Shown: positions 49,230 to 61,519, counted from the first letter of the whole stretch. The stretch: 63,861 nt of DNA, filler included, from Octopus bimaculoides (GCF_001194135.2; 5 parts of 5 records of this genome joined end to end with filler, not necessarily neighbours in it), one strand, 5' to 3'. The notes: generated from the letters alone by a model not told the origin. A program made the numbers and translations.

Positions 49230-49650
49230 CAGTGTGCTGGGAATTTATTCATGTTACACCTTCTGTTGGTATCTAAGTTCCCGATTCTGTTGGGCAGTTT
49301 GTTGTCATTTTCTTCTAGTTTTGTAATCCACAAGGTTTGCTTACGTTAAGTTATTCCATATAACAAGTATCTACTCGGAGTCCTTTCAGAGTAATAGCAG
49401 CTGTACAAGGCAAGTAGTATTCGGCTGTATGTTGTTATCTCGTTTACATATAGTCTCCAGCGATATTGTCAATAAGTACAAACAGGAAAATTGTTTTTGT
49501 ATTTCTGCTCGTACACTCGTCAAAAAATTGTGCTATCTAATGACAACTTACAGGAACTGGAAAAAATTATTCTCAAGCTGCTGTTTAAAATTGTTTTTTA
49601 GTCGTATAAATTCTATAGTCAACGTTGTTGGATCAATTTCATATGAATAT
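49230..49650 (-). mobile_element. Possible highly decayed Penelope GIY-YIG region
   Basis: Minus frame fragment RKQTLWITKLEENDNKLPNRIGNL resembles the E-x-x-W-I-x-x-L...P-x-G-L-N ending. Confidence 0.3.
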
Positions 49651-50604
49651 ATATGAGTGTTGAGTGACTGGGATTAGGAAGGTGATGACGTCAGCGGGGT
49701 TTTTTTTTTCATTTTTTTTTCTTTCTTTCTTTTTTGTTCTTTCCTTACATTTTTACAACACTCATCTACGGCAGCTGTTGGCTGGTTTTGAATGTCTTTT
49801 GAAAATCGGCTAAAATCACAGGAACTGGAATAGCAATTGTAAAAGTATGACAGCAATTTTTCGGACAATCAACTTTTGGGTGGTTTCTCATCCCAGTTAA
49901 TCTTTAACCCTTTACCGCTCGGATTATTGTTTATTGTTTTAAATATAAAGCTTATACATTCGTATTCTTTTGAATTCNNNNNNNNNNNNNNNNNNNNNNN
50001 NNNNNNNNNNNNNNNNNNNNNNNNNNNNNNNNNNNNNNNNNNNNNNNNNNNNNNNNNNNNNNNNNNNNNNNNNNNNNNNNNNNNNNNNNNNNNNNNNNNN
50101 NNNNNNNNNNNNNNNNNNNNNNNNNNNNNNNNNNNNNNNNNNNNNNNNNNNNNNNNNNNNNNNNNNNNNNNNNNNNNNNNNNNNNNNNNNNNNNNNNNNN
50201 NNNNNNNNNNNNNNNNNNNNNNNNNNNNNNNNNNNNNNNNNNNNNNNNNNNNNNNNNNNNNNNNNNNNNNNNNNNNNNNNNNNNNNNNNNNNNNNNNNNN
50301 NNNNNNNNNNNNNNNNNNNNNNNNNNNNNNNNNNNNNNNNNNNNNNNNNNNNNNNNNNNNNNNNNNNNNNNNNNNNNNNNNNNNNNNNNNNNNNNNNNNN
50401 NNNNNNNNNNNNNNNNNNNNNNNNNNNNNNNNNNNNNNNNNNNNNNNNNNNNNNNNNNNNNNNNNNNNNNNNNNNNNNNNNNNNNNNNNNNNNNNNNNNN
50501 NNNNNNNNNNNNNNNNNNNNNNNNNNNNNNNNNNNNNNNNNNNNNNNNNNNNNNNNNNNNNNNNNNNNNNNNNNNNNNNNNNNNNNNNNTATATATATTT
50601 ATTT

Positions 50605-50765
50605 ACCACGTTCTTTCAGTTTTCGTCTACCAAATCCACTCACAAGGCTTTGGTCGGCGTGAGGCTATAGTAGGAGACACTTGCCTAAGGTGTCACGCAG
50701 CGGGACTGAATCCGGAACCATGTGGTTGGGAAGAAGTAAGTTTCCTACCACACAACCACGCCTCC
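50605..50765 (-). mobile_element. SINE type A head
   Basis: TCTTTCAGTTTTCGTCTACCAAATCCACTCACAAGGCTTTGGTCGG..CCACACAACCACG. Confidence 0.9.
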
Positions 50766-51204
50766 TATTTACATATGCACTATTCGTAATTCCGATATTT
50801 TGATGACGTAATTGTGTGTTTTCTAGAATGACATAATAAGGTAGCCATGAAAAGCGGAATTAGGCCAGTTTGAACATAAAACAGAGAGAATATTTGGATC
50901 TGTTATGGCGGGTTTAAATGCTAAAAAGTTAAACGCTTCTCATAGTTGACAGTCGAATTTTCACGGGTTTCCCCTTTCATGCACAGAATAAATTTTGATT
51001 AAAATTTACACATCAAATAAAGTGAGTAGAACATCTACGTTGAATAAGTTATCTCATTGATTTGTAGTTCTGTTAGATTCGATATTATTGTAGTTCTTAT
51101 CATTGCTAGCTATGATCGATCGTCAGAATGAAATTCCACATGATGAGAAATATTCAGTAAAATCAACTCCAAATAACGCTTAGTTATGGATGTATGTAGA
51201 AACT

Positions 51205-51410
51205 GCATGGCATAGTGGTTTGGGTGTTGGACTAATGATCGTAAGATTGCGGTTTCGATTCCTGAACCGGGCGATGCGTTGTGTTCTTTAAAAGAACGCT
51301 TCGTTTTACTTTGTTCCAGTCCACTCAGCTGGTAAATATTAGTAATTCTGCGATGGACCAGTGTCCTATCCAGTGAGGAATATATACGCAGGAAAACCGG
51401 CCCTATGCTT
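51205..51410 (+). mobile_element. SINE type D (tail variant 2)
   Basis: GCATGGCATAGTGGTTTGGGTGTTGGAC..CCAGTCCACTCAGCTGG..CTGCGATGGAC..GGAAAACCGGCCC. Confidence 0.85.
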
Positions 51411-52175
51411 CTTACAAAGTGATGTGGACTATGCATGTGTATATGTGTGCATGCGTGCATGTGTATATATGTGCATACACATATATACAGACATATGGGA
51501 GTAATGATATAACTGATAGGTGTCGAAACTACATTTATCCCCAGCTGCTGAAGAGAATTTTCTATTTCTTTTTTAATATTGATATTACAACGGATGCTCT
51601 GCAGAACCTTTGGCTATGTATAGTAATATATGTATGCATGCATATAATTCCGAACGTGGTCGTCACTGTCATCATCATCATCATCGTCATCATTACCATC
51701 ATGGTTATGGTGGTGCTATTTATTGCTGCTGCTGCTGATGATGATGATGAAAATGATGATTGTGATGATCAGGACGATGATGATGATTAGGAGGAGGAGG
51801 AGAAGGACTCGGTTGATGATGTAGACCGCTGTCTTTAAAACGTCAAGAATATTTTCAGTCTGAAGAAGTGATGGAAAAAAACATTTATCGAGCTGTTAAC
51901 ACTTCAACTTTACTTGCGGTTCCACCTTATTTAAAGGAAAAAGAAACACAAAAGAAAAAAAGATCAAATAAAATGTAGGAAAACAAAATTATAAAAACAA
52001 CGTTTCTAACGATTTATCTATGTTCGTCAGCATATGCAGTATTTGTCAGTTTGTTTAAAGGACAAGGGTGTTAGAACCATGATGAGTCAAATAAAGGCCG
52101 AAACATAGACTAAGCTATATCAAACAAAATATCAACAACCATTTTTTTTTCTTTTGAGTGGGTGAAAGAGTGAGG

Positions 52176-52215
<40 letters not shown>

Positions 52216-53334
52216 NNNNNNNNNNNNNNNNNNNNNNNNNNNNNNNNNNNNNNNNNNNNNNNNNNNNNNNNNNNNNNNNNNNNNNNNNNNNNNNNNNNNN
52301 NNNNNNNNNNNNNNNNNNNNNNNNNNNNNNNNNNNNNNNNNNNNNNNNNNNNNNNNNNNNNNNNNNNNNNNNNNNNNNNNNNNNNNNNNNNNNNNNNNNN
52401 NNNNNNNNNNNNNNNNNNNNNNNNNNNNNNNNNNNNNNNNNNNNNNNNNNNNNNNNNNNNNNNNNNNNNNNNNNNNNNNNNNNNNNNNNNNNNNNNNNNN
52501 NNNNNNNNNNNNNNNNNNNNNNNNNNNNNNNNNNNNNNNNNNNNNNNNNNNNNNNNNNNNNNNNNNNNNNNNNNNNNNNNNNNNNNNNNNNNNNNNNNNN
52601 NNNNNNNNNNNNNNNNNNNNNNNNNNNNNNNNNNNNNNNNNNNNNNNNNNNNNNNNNNNNNNNNNNNNNNNNNNNNNNNNNNNNNNNNNNNNNNNNNNNN
52701 NNNNNNNNNNNNNNNNNNNNNNNNNNNNNNNNNNNNNNNNNNNNNNNNNNNNNNNNNNNNNNNNNNNNNNNNNNNNNNNNNNNNNNNNNNNNNNNNNNNN
52801 NNNNNNNNNNNNNNNNNNNNNNNNNNNNNNNNNNNNNNNNNNNNNNNNNNNNNNNNNNNNNNNNNNNNNNNNNNNNNNNNNNNNNNNNNNNNNNNNNNNN
52901 NNNNNNNNNNNNNNNNNNNNNNNNNNNNNNNNNNNNNNNNNNNNNNNNNNNNNNNNNNNNNNNNNNNNNNNNNNNNNNNNNNNNNNNNNNNNNNNNNNNN
53001 NNNNNNNNNNNNNNNNNNNNNNNNNNNNNNNNNNNNNNNNNNNNNNNNNNNNNNNNNNNNNNNNNNNNNNNNNNNNNNNNNNNNNNNNNNNNNNNNNNNN
53101 NNNNNNNNNNNNNNNNNNNNNNNNNNNNNNNNNNNNNGAACAATGCAATCATTACATCAATTTAAAATGCAGAGCAATCCTCAGCTGCACAAACATAGAA
53201 TTTAATTAAATTAAAACAGATGGACATTTTAGTATAATTATACCTAAAATCTCCAAGAAGTTAAGGAGATAGACAAAGAACATGCTGCCTTCACTCCAGC
53301 ATAGAAGCTACTAAGGTATCAAGAACATATACAT

Positions 53335-53395
53335 TGTTACAGACTCTGCCTGTCACTGATTTTTTTTTTTTCAGTGACAGGCAGAGTCTGTAACA
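53335..53395. repeat. Perfect 25-bp hairpin with T11 loop
   Basis: TGTTACAGACTCTGCCTGTCACTGA-(T)11-TCAGTGACAGGCAGAGTCTGTAACA. Confidence 0.95.
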
Positions 53396-53578
53396 TATCG
53401 ACATTGCCTGAACAGGTACACGATGTGCCACGCGTCAGGCGTCCAAGTGATCGCAGAGCAACGTGAAACGAAGTGTTTTACTCAAGAACTCAACGCATCA
53501 CCCGGTCCAGGAAGTGAAACCGCGGTCTAGCGATCATGAGGGCAACACCCTAACCACTAAGTCATGCATACTCACATA
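53396..53578 (-). mobile_element. SINE type D (tail variant 3)
   Basis: Minus: GCATGACTTAGTGGTTAGGGTGTTGCCCTCATGATC..TTGAGTAAAACACTTCGTTTCACGTTGCTCTGCGATCACTT. Confidence 0.8.
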
Positions 53579-53606
53579 CATACATACATACATAGGAACA
53601 TACATA

Positions 53607-54135
53607 TAGGCGCAGGAGTGGCTGTGTGGTAAGTAGCTTGCTTACCAACCACATAGTTCCGGGTTCAGTCCCATTGCGTGGCACCTTGGGCAAGTGTCTT
53701 CTACTATAGTCTCGGGCCGACCAAAGCCTTGTGAGTGGATTTGGTAGACGGAAACTGAAAGAAGCCCGTCGTATATATGTATATATATAAGAATATATAT
53801 ATATATANNNNNNNNNNNNNNNNNNNNNNNNNNNNNNNNNNNNNNNNNNNNTTAATTAATTAANNNNNNNNNNNNNNNNNNNNNNNNNNNNNNNNNNNNN
53901 NNNNNNNTGTGTGTGTGTGTGTGTGTGTGTCTGTGTTTGTCCCCCCAACATCGCTTGACAACCGATGCTGGTGCTTTTACGTCCCCGTTACTTAGCGGTT
54001 CTGCAAGGGAGAACGATAGAATAAGTACTAGGCTTACAAAGAATAAGTCCTGGGGTCGCTTTGCTCAACTAAAGGCGGTGCTCCAGCATGGCCACAGTCA
54101 AATGATTGAAACAAATAAAAGAATAAAAGAAAAAA
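53607..54135 (+). mobile_element. SINE type A, full length (gap in the internal microsatellite)
   Basis: GGCGCAGGAGTGGCTGTGTGGTAAG ... GGCGGTGCTCCAGCATGGCCACAGTCAAATGATTGAAACAAATAAAAG. Confidence 0.95.
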
Positions 54136-54224
54136 AAGAAATGGCGTTTTACCATTATGTTCGAATTTGACTTCGTTTTTGCATTTAGTTTGCAAGATTC
54201 CTGATGTGAATTCTTGTGTTGAAA

Positions 54225-54615
54225 CAAATTTTGTTATGTCTTGGGAGAGTCATTACGCCAACATTAATAACACACGCACTGGTTCGATTCCACTCCTTTA
54301 TTATTAGTCAGTTGGTTAAATATTTATCCAATCGATCATTTGTTCAACTTGCTGTTTAAACAGTCGTTGCGGAGGTCGCGTGTGTAATGGACTGAGAGAG
54401 AAGTCACTGAAAAGGTTGCAAATAGCAATGAAAGAGTTTTGACGAATAAAACAAAAAACAAATGATTGATTGTTTAACCAGCAAGTTAAACAAACGATCA
54501 ATTAGCAGGATGGATGTTTAACCAATCGACTAATAATAAAGGGGTGGAATTGAACCAGTATGTGTTGTTATGGTAATATTAGCGTAATAACTCTCCCTAG
54601 ACAAAACGAAGTTCG
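54225..54615. mobile_element. Foldback/MITE-like element with long imperfect inverted arms
   Basis: TGTCTTGGGAGAGTCATTACGC..CTGGTTCGATTCCACTCCTTTATTATTAGTC..TTGGTTAAA pairs with TTTAACCAA..GACTAATAATAAAGGGGTGGAATTGAACCAG..GCGTAATAACTCTCCCTAGACA. Inner pairing continues to about 54368/54459. Confidence 0.75.
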
Positions 54616-54659
54616 AATTTAACTATTGTTCTTTTATTATTATTATTATTATTATTATT

Positions 54660-55050
54660 GTTCAGTAGTTTTATTTTTATAACGTGCTTTCACTTCACTA
54701 CCGAGCGCAGCTCTGTGTGCCTTGGGTATGTGCTGTGGTTTGCTGTGATGTTCTTATGGTTACTGTATTGAAAGTGTTTTGCGTAGGGTGTGTGCAGTGC
54801 CCAGTAGTGCAATTTTCTGTATGTTATATATATTTGTAAGTCCTGGTGTTTTTGTTATGTATTTGTCTGAATATTTTTTTATTAAACCTAAGGCACCTAC
54901 TATGATAGGAATTGTTTCTGTTTTTAGATTCCACACTCGAGTTACCTCTATTTCCAGGTCTTTGTATTTTGAAAGTTTCTCCATTTCTTTTAGAGAAACG
55001 TTGTCATCTGCTGGTATTGATACATCAATTAGAAAGCATTTTTTTTTCTT
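54660..55050 (-). mobile_element. R4/Dong-like LINE, 5'-truncated: restriction-like endonuclease C-terminus plus 3' UTR, within (TAA)n
   Basis: KCFLIDVSIPADDNVSLKEMEKLSKYKDLEIEVTRVWNLKTETIPIIVGALGLI...IQKIALLGTAHTLRKTL* (REL motifs IDV-x-I-P, K-x-x-K-Y-x-x-L, P-x-x-x-G-A-L-G). (TAT)n flanks both sides. Confidence 0.9.
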
Positions 55051-55054
55051 TATT

Positions 55055-55099
<45 letters not shown>

Positions 55100-56000
55100 T
55101 GCAAGTCGGTGAGCTAACAGAATCATTAGCACGCCGGAAAAAAATGCTTAATGGCGTTTAGTCCGTCTTTACTTTCTGAGTTCCATTTCGAATGGGTTTC
55201 TGCTCGACACTTCCAGTTTCTGCAACAGTGTATCAAAAATCACTGCATAGAGAAGGGTCAAAAGATCGAATTCTTAACTGATCGAAACGGTTTCGATTTA
55301 TGTTGATCGATACTCATTGATTTGGTTGCTCTATTTTTTTTTATTGTTTCTGTTGAGTCCTCCTTCGAGTTTACTCTCTGCGTTTTTATTGTTTGTTGTT
55401 AGGTGTGAAGAAGGATGTCGCAGGTACACTTTGGCTGTTGTTGTGTTCTTAAAGGGACTTTACGGAGTCTTTTGTCATCTCTTTGTGTTTTAATTCTTTT
55501 TTTTTTTTTTTTCTTTGGCAAAGTCGACCACGGCTGGATTTGAACTCAGACCGTAACGGGGTGGAGTGAATGCCGTATGACGTTTTGTCCTACGCTGCAA
55601 CAACCCTGCCAGGTCACCACTTCATTTACAAAGAATACTAGTAAATAAATAACAATAATTCTTTCTGAAGTCGAATAAGGCAATTGCCTATATGCCTTGT
55701 GGTAATTACAACTGGACTATATGTCTTACAGTAATTTCTAGTGTCCCAACAGCAGTTGACTTTCTCTTTCACTTCTTCAAGGCCGATGAAATATAAGTAA
55801 TATCTGTAATATACAAGGGTCGAGTTGACAATGAAGCCTCTACCCCTTACATCATTTTCAATCTCAACTTGTGCCTACTCCACAAAAATCAATATGGCAA
55901 AAATTTTACTAAAAAGGAAAAAAAAAACAATTGTAAAGAATTATCAAAAACTAATAAAATGAACGAAGAAACAAACAAAGGATTAACTGGAGAATTGAGA

Positions 56001-56060
56001 CGAAAAAATGCTCTTTATTGGAGAAAAATGCTCTTTACTGGAGAAAAATGCTCTTTATGG
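56001..56060. repeat. 20-bp minisatellite x3 (GAGAAAAATGCTCTTTAYTG)
   Basis: Direct reading. Confidence 0.9.
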
Positions 56061-57216
56061 AATTGGAATTTAAAATTCTAAATTAAACTCTACTCACTGC
56101 ATCCATTATTATGAGTCATAATTGAAAGTAGAAATATTCTAAGTATTCATCGATTTTATTTGAAAGATCTATTATAGCCATTCCCTATGGTAATTAATCG
56201 ATACAATAAGACAGGCGTCACTCCACATTCCATGCAACAGGGACTTGTTTCCCATCACAAAGTGGATTCTGGCACGCAAACAGTTATGCAAACAGAATAA
56301 ATGAGTGAATTATTCATGCTTCATTAGACTTTAATTATTGTTATTATTGTTTGTTATCTTATTGAAGTGAGATTTTGCGCAACCGTTCTTCATTATATTT
56401 CGCCGCTATCGATCGATGCGTTTTAAAACCCCACCCGAAACATGCCATTTTGGTTTAGCAAAAAGTAAGCACTGCGCACCCGAATTGAAATAATAAATAT
56501 CCATTTTTAAATGTAAGAAGTAAATAATTTCCAATTCATTATAAAAATGTTAATTTAATTCAATGTCTACTTCAATAAACCGTTACAATCTCCATGCTAG
56601 GCAAGCAACATAATTTCCGCCGCCTTTCAACAAAGTATATATATATATAGTTCTAGGGAAAAGAACCAAGTTTTTACCTATAATTTTGGATTTTATCCCT
56701 AATATTATATATATATATANNNNNNNNNNNNNNNNNNNNNNNNNNNNNNNNNNNNNNNNNNNNNNNNNNNNNNNNNNNNNNNNNNNNNNNNNNNNNNNNN
56801 NNNNNNNNNNNNNNNNNNNNNNNNNNNNNNNNNNNNNNNNNNNNNNNNNNNNNNNNNNNNNNNNNNNNNNNNNNNNNNNNNNNNNNNNNNNNNNNNNNNN
56901 NNNNNNNNNNNNNNNNNNNNNNNNNNNNNNNNNNNNNNNNNNNNNNNNNNNNNNNNNNNNNNNNNNNNNNNNNNNNNNNNNNNNNNNNNNNNNNNNNNNN
57001 NNNNNNNNNNNNNNNNNNNNNNNNNNNNNNNNNNNNNNNNNNNNNNNNNNNNNNNNNNNNNNNNNNNNNNNNNNNNNNNNNNNNNNNNNNNNNNNNNNNN
57101 NNNNNNNNNNNNNNNNNNNNNNNNNNNNNNNNNNNNNNNNNNNNNNNNNNNNNNNNNNNNNNNNNNNNNNNNNNNNNNNNNNNNNNNNNNNNNNNNNNNN
57201 NNNNNNNNNNNNNNNN

Positions 57217-57261
<45 letters not shown>

Positions 57262-57277
57262 ATATATATGCATATAT

Positions 57278-57620
57278 GGGTACAGGACGTCAAAAGAACG
57301 AGAACATAAAAAAACCAAAGACATGGAAAACGAACTTTATTTCAAATAACGAAAGAAACAAACAGAGAAACAAGACAGGCAACACAAAGAACAAAATCCC
57401 TTCATCAGTTGTCCCCTCTTTTATCTACTTGGCGCTATTAAAGCCACATACCGTATATTCAGCGCCGTAATAAATTGAAAATAGTGCCATAAAATCAGAG
57501 TAATTGCTGCCTTCGCCTGATGTCATTCCAAAGTAAGGGGCGGCGCGTCTTTGTATTAAATTCCGACTCTGCTTCAAATTCATGCTTTTGAAACAGTTCA
57601 TTACGTGAGAATATCTGAAA
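57278..57620 (-). mobile_element. Dispersed repeat, probably a Penelope-type terminal repeat
   Basis: Homologous to 409-640; CTGATGAAGGG on the minus strand. Confidence 0.45.
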
Positions 57621-57689
57621 TTGTAATACGTACATACACATCTCCTTTTCTCTCTCTCCCCCTTTCTTTCTCTCTTTCTCTCTCTCTCT

Positions 57690-57695
57690 CTCACT

Positions 57696-57745
<50 letters not shown>

Positions 57746-57792
57746 GTGTCTATCTATTTATCTATAGATCTATCTATCTATTTATCTATCCG

Positions 57793-57837
<45 letters not shown>

Positions 57838-57839
57838 GC

Positions 57840-57907
<68 letters not shown>

Positions 57908-57912
57908 CTATC
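57690..57912. repeat. (TATC)n microsatellite
   Basis: Direct reading. Confidence 0.95.
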
Positions 57913-57914
57913 GT

Positions 57915-58238
57915 TAGCACACCGGGCAAAATGCTTAGCCCTATTTCGTCTGTCTTCACGTTCTGAGTTCAAATGCCACCGGAGTCGACTTTGCCTTTCA
58001 TCCTTTCGGGGGTCGATAAATTAAGTTCCTGTTACGCACTGGGGTCGATGTAATCGACTGGTCCCATTCCACCAAATTTCAGGCCTTGTGCCTATAGTAG
58101 AAAGGATTATTATAAAAGGCAATGAGCTAGCAGAATCAACAGTGCGTCGGACAAAATACCTAGCGGCGAGTCTTCTGACTCTTTACATCCTGAGTTCAAA
58201 TTCCGTCGAGGACGACTTTACCTTTCATCCATTTGGAG
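57915..58238 (+). mobile_element. Two tandem SINE type B copies (the second is interrupted by a MITE)
   Basis: GTTAGCACACCGGGC..GTCGACTTTGCCTTTCATCC..CTTGTGCCTATAGTAGAAAGG, then GGCAATGAGCTAGCAGAATC..CCTTTCATCC. The tail of the second copy resumes at about 58667. Confidence 0.9.
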
Positions 58239-58240
58239 TA

Positions 58241-58666
58241 CCGTAAATCCTCGAGTATAATCTGCTCTTTTTTCCCAAAATTCAAAGGTCAAAATTTCTA
58301 GTGCGTACTATATACGAGGTTAAAAATGAAAAATATTTTCTAAGCAAAATTTTCTAAGTGATAAATGTGTAAAGGCAGTTTACTTAATATTTATTTTTCA
58401 CTGACGTTATTACTGTTATTTCTTTACTTTCTGCAAACAAAGTGCACAAAAAAGCTACACGTTTGCATTATGTTATATACACAATAATAATAATAAAGGA
58501 CGTTACCGTATATACGTTTACAAACCAAGGACTTTATATAGACCTCCTTGACTCAAGTTAGAGAAGGGGTGCGTATTATACACAAGGTTTAGGTTTTTCA
58601 GAGGTACAGCCCCCTAAAAATCCCCTGCGTATTATTACTCAAGGGCGGACTATACTCGAGGATTTA
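58241..58666. mobile_element. pogo/Tigger-like MITE
   Basis: TA|CCGTAAATCCTCGAGTATAATCTGC vs GCGGACTATACTCGAGGATTTA; the right terminus is clipped. Confidence 0.8.
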
Positions 58667-59106
58667 ATTGACTACTGCCCCCCGTCCCCCGACAAAAATT
58701 GCTGGTCTTGTGCCAGAATTGGAAAGAATTATTATAATGGTTTTTAAAAAATGATTGAAGTAGGAGCAGACTGGTTTCCCCTTTAGTATCTTCTGGTTGA
58801 TTTTTTTTCACTTCTCTGGTTTTCCACTTAAATGCAGACAAGGATCGATTAAATCAACTTATCCACCTCCTCCGCAAAATGCTAAACGAAAGGGTGGCTT
58901 CTAGAATTCGGCTGCTAATAAACAATGTGTAAGAGTTGGAAACGAAATCTGCTGCTGACCAAAACACTGGAGATTGCAGCTCAATGTCTCCAGTTTTCTC
59001 CAATCCACAAACATTAAATATTAGACGCAGTTCAAGCGTGTGAAGGCTCGATCGATGTATCATGCAGTAATTGGCAAGAAATTAATTAATCAATCAGCCT
59101 ATCATT

Positions 59107-59139
<33 letters not shown>

Positions 59140-59178
59140 CATATATATACACATGCATATATATATGTATATATATAC

Positions 59179-59219
<41 letters not shown>

Positions 59220-59831
59220 NNNNNNNNNNNNNNNNNNNNNNNNNNNNNNNNNNNNNNNNNNNNNNNNNNNNNNNNNNNNNNNNNNNNNNNNNNNNNNNNN
59301 NNNNNNNNNNNNNNNNNNNNNNNNNNNNNNNNNNNNNNNNNNNNNNNNNNNNNNNNNNNNNNNNNNNNNNNNNNNNNNNNNNNNNNNNNNNNNNNNNNNN
59401 NNNNNNNNNNNNNNNNNNNNNNNNNNNNNNNNNNNNNNNNNNNNNNNNNNNNNNNNNNNNNNNNNNNNNNNNNNNNNNNNNNNNNNNNNNNNNNNNNNNN
59501 NNNNNNNNNNNNNNNNNNNNNNNNNNNNNNNNNNNNNNNNNNNNNNNNNNNNNNNNNNNNNNNNNNNNNNNNNNNNNNNNNNNNNNNNNNNNNNNNNNNN
59601 NNNNNNNNNNNNNNNNNNNNNNNNNNNNNNNNNNNNNNNNNATATACATATATATATGTATGTATGTATGTATATATATATTAATCTAGTATTATTAAAC
59701 GCACCCACTAATATATTAACATGTATTGACTCTTGTTCTTTCGTTTCTTGTAATTCAATGAACCAGAAGCTAAAGCAGAGCCGGATCGGGATGCCTACAT
59801 ACATACATACATACATACATACATACATACA

Positions 59832-59867
<36 letters not shown>

Positions 59868-59870
59868 TAT

Positions 59871-60737
59871 GCCAAAAAAAAGAAACCGGAAATTTGCAAC
59901 ATTATTTTATTCACATAGTTTTACATATTTACACTTTTATCGCCTTCAAACTATTTTCCATTTGAAACAATGCATCGATCCAGACTCGTTTTCCACCGTT
60001 CGATGCAGTGCTGAAACTCTAGCAAAGAGATGTCTTTCAATGCTTCCGTTGTTTTTTCTTGTTTTTGTTTTTGTTTTTTTTTCTTCATCTCTTCGATATC
60101 TGTAAATTCCGTAGCACAAAATTCGTTACCACTGGTGACCTTCGTTACGTTAAAAGGTCCAGATCAATTCCCACCTGTTTTTTACAGTTCACGACACACA
60201 TTCAACCGAGGCTCAAATTTTGCTGCAATTCTTTTCATTTGCAAGTCCTCGCTCAAAATTCGTTGGCAAGAGCTCCAGGACACACCAGTCGTATTAACAA
60301 GTTCGTCAATTATTCGGTTATGGTCTTCCAAGATCAGTTCATGAATTTTCATTCGTTGTTCGTGAGGTCGACGAACGCCCTGAACGAGTTTGGTCTTCGG
60401 GCAACAAGTGACCATGCCTAAAGCGTGGAAACCACTCGTAAACTTGTGTTTTGCTCTTGGCAGCATCCTTGTAAGCTGTTAGAAGCAGGACAACTGTTTC
60501 GGCTGTCGTTTTCCCCAGCAGAAAACAAAATTTCACCGAAGAACGCTGTTCCTTCGTTTCAGCCATTGCAAAAATCGACGAACAGGGTAAAAGCACTGCA
60601 AAGACGCACCACGTGGCAGTAGGACTACAGTCGGCGACGCCAGTCGGCATACATTAAGTGGCTTCTTGAGGCTGAAGCTCGAACTTCAACGGGCTTGTCC
60701 CACAGAGAACGTTTCCAGTTACTTTGGTTACCCCTCG
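59871..60737 (-). mobile_element. Internally deleted mariner transposon
   Basis: MAETKEQRSSVKFCFLLGKTTAETV..VYEWFPRFRHG..RSGRSSTS..IDELVNTTGVSWSSCQRILSEDLQMKRIAAKFEPR, then a jump to FTDIEEM..LKDISLLEFQHCIERWKTSLDRCIVSNGK*FEGD. Ends: CGAGGGGTAACCAAAGTAACTGGAAA and TTCCGGTTTCTTTTTTTGGC. Confidence 0.85.
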
Positions 60738-61362
60738 CACATACATACATACATACATACATACATACATAATACATACATACATAATACATACATACAT
60801 ACATACATACATGCATGCATGCGTACGTACGTACGTACATACATACATACATACATACATGCATGCAGGCATACGTACGTACATACATACATACATATAT
60901 ACATACATACATACATGTGAATGAAAATTACGGAGGAAAAGCTGAAAATGCGCCATTTTTTTTTTAAATATTCAGGTATATTTTATTTGTGTAATTACAA
61001 CAAGTTTAACATTTTAACAAGGGGAAAATAGTCTTATTCTGTATATTTATATGTATAAAAATAAAAATGTAGTAAAAACAAAATACACCGACATACCTCA
61101 GCTTGCGTCGCTATTTGTTTTCAACGCATGCAACTTAAAATTAAAAAAACAACGTTAACACGAAAACCCTTTCTCAAAATTCATTAGCTTATATCTGTTT
61201 TAATAGACTGTTTAGACATATTTCCACGCATATTTCATTCGATGTTGGCTTTTAAATGCTTCTTTCTAAATTATTATTTTAAATATGTTTGCAGAGACCG
61301 ACATTATTCGAAATTACGTAAATTGAGGCTGAGCTATGCCCCTGTGTTTATGTTTGTGTATA

Positions 61363-61396
<34 letters not shown>

Positions 61397-61397
<1 letters not shown>

Positions 61398-61519
61398 TAT
61401 TATTAAGTAAGAAAATGGAGAGATTTAATGGATATAAATTAGCTTATTAACGTTCTTTAAAATGCTAATAAAGTAATTTATATCCATTAAATCTCTCCAT
61501 TTTCTAAATCTAATAATAT
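61397..61519. repeat. Long hairpin with a perfect 32-bp stem
   Basis: AGAAAATGGAGAGATTTAATGGATATAAATTA (61410-61441) is the exact reverse complement of 61474-61505; there is extra pairing inside and outside the stem. Confidence 0.9.

Noticed and set aside
51995-52125. Two hammerhead-like fragments (CTGACGA..GAAACGTT minus; ATGATGA..CGAAAC plus)
   Set aside because: Stem II closing pairs and stem I fail; at best these are decayed Penelope repeats.
56001-56060. Three regularly spaced 20-bp repeats, considered as a CRISPR-like array
   Set aside because: The units are contiguous with no spacers and the context is eukaryotic; this is a plain minisatellite.
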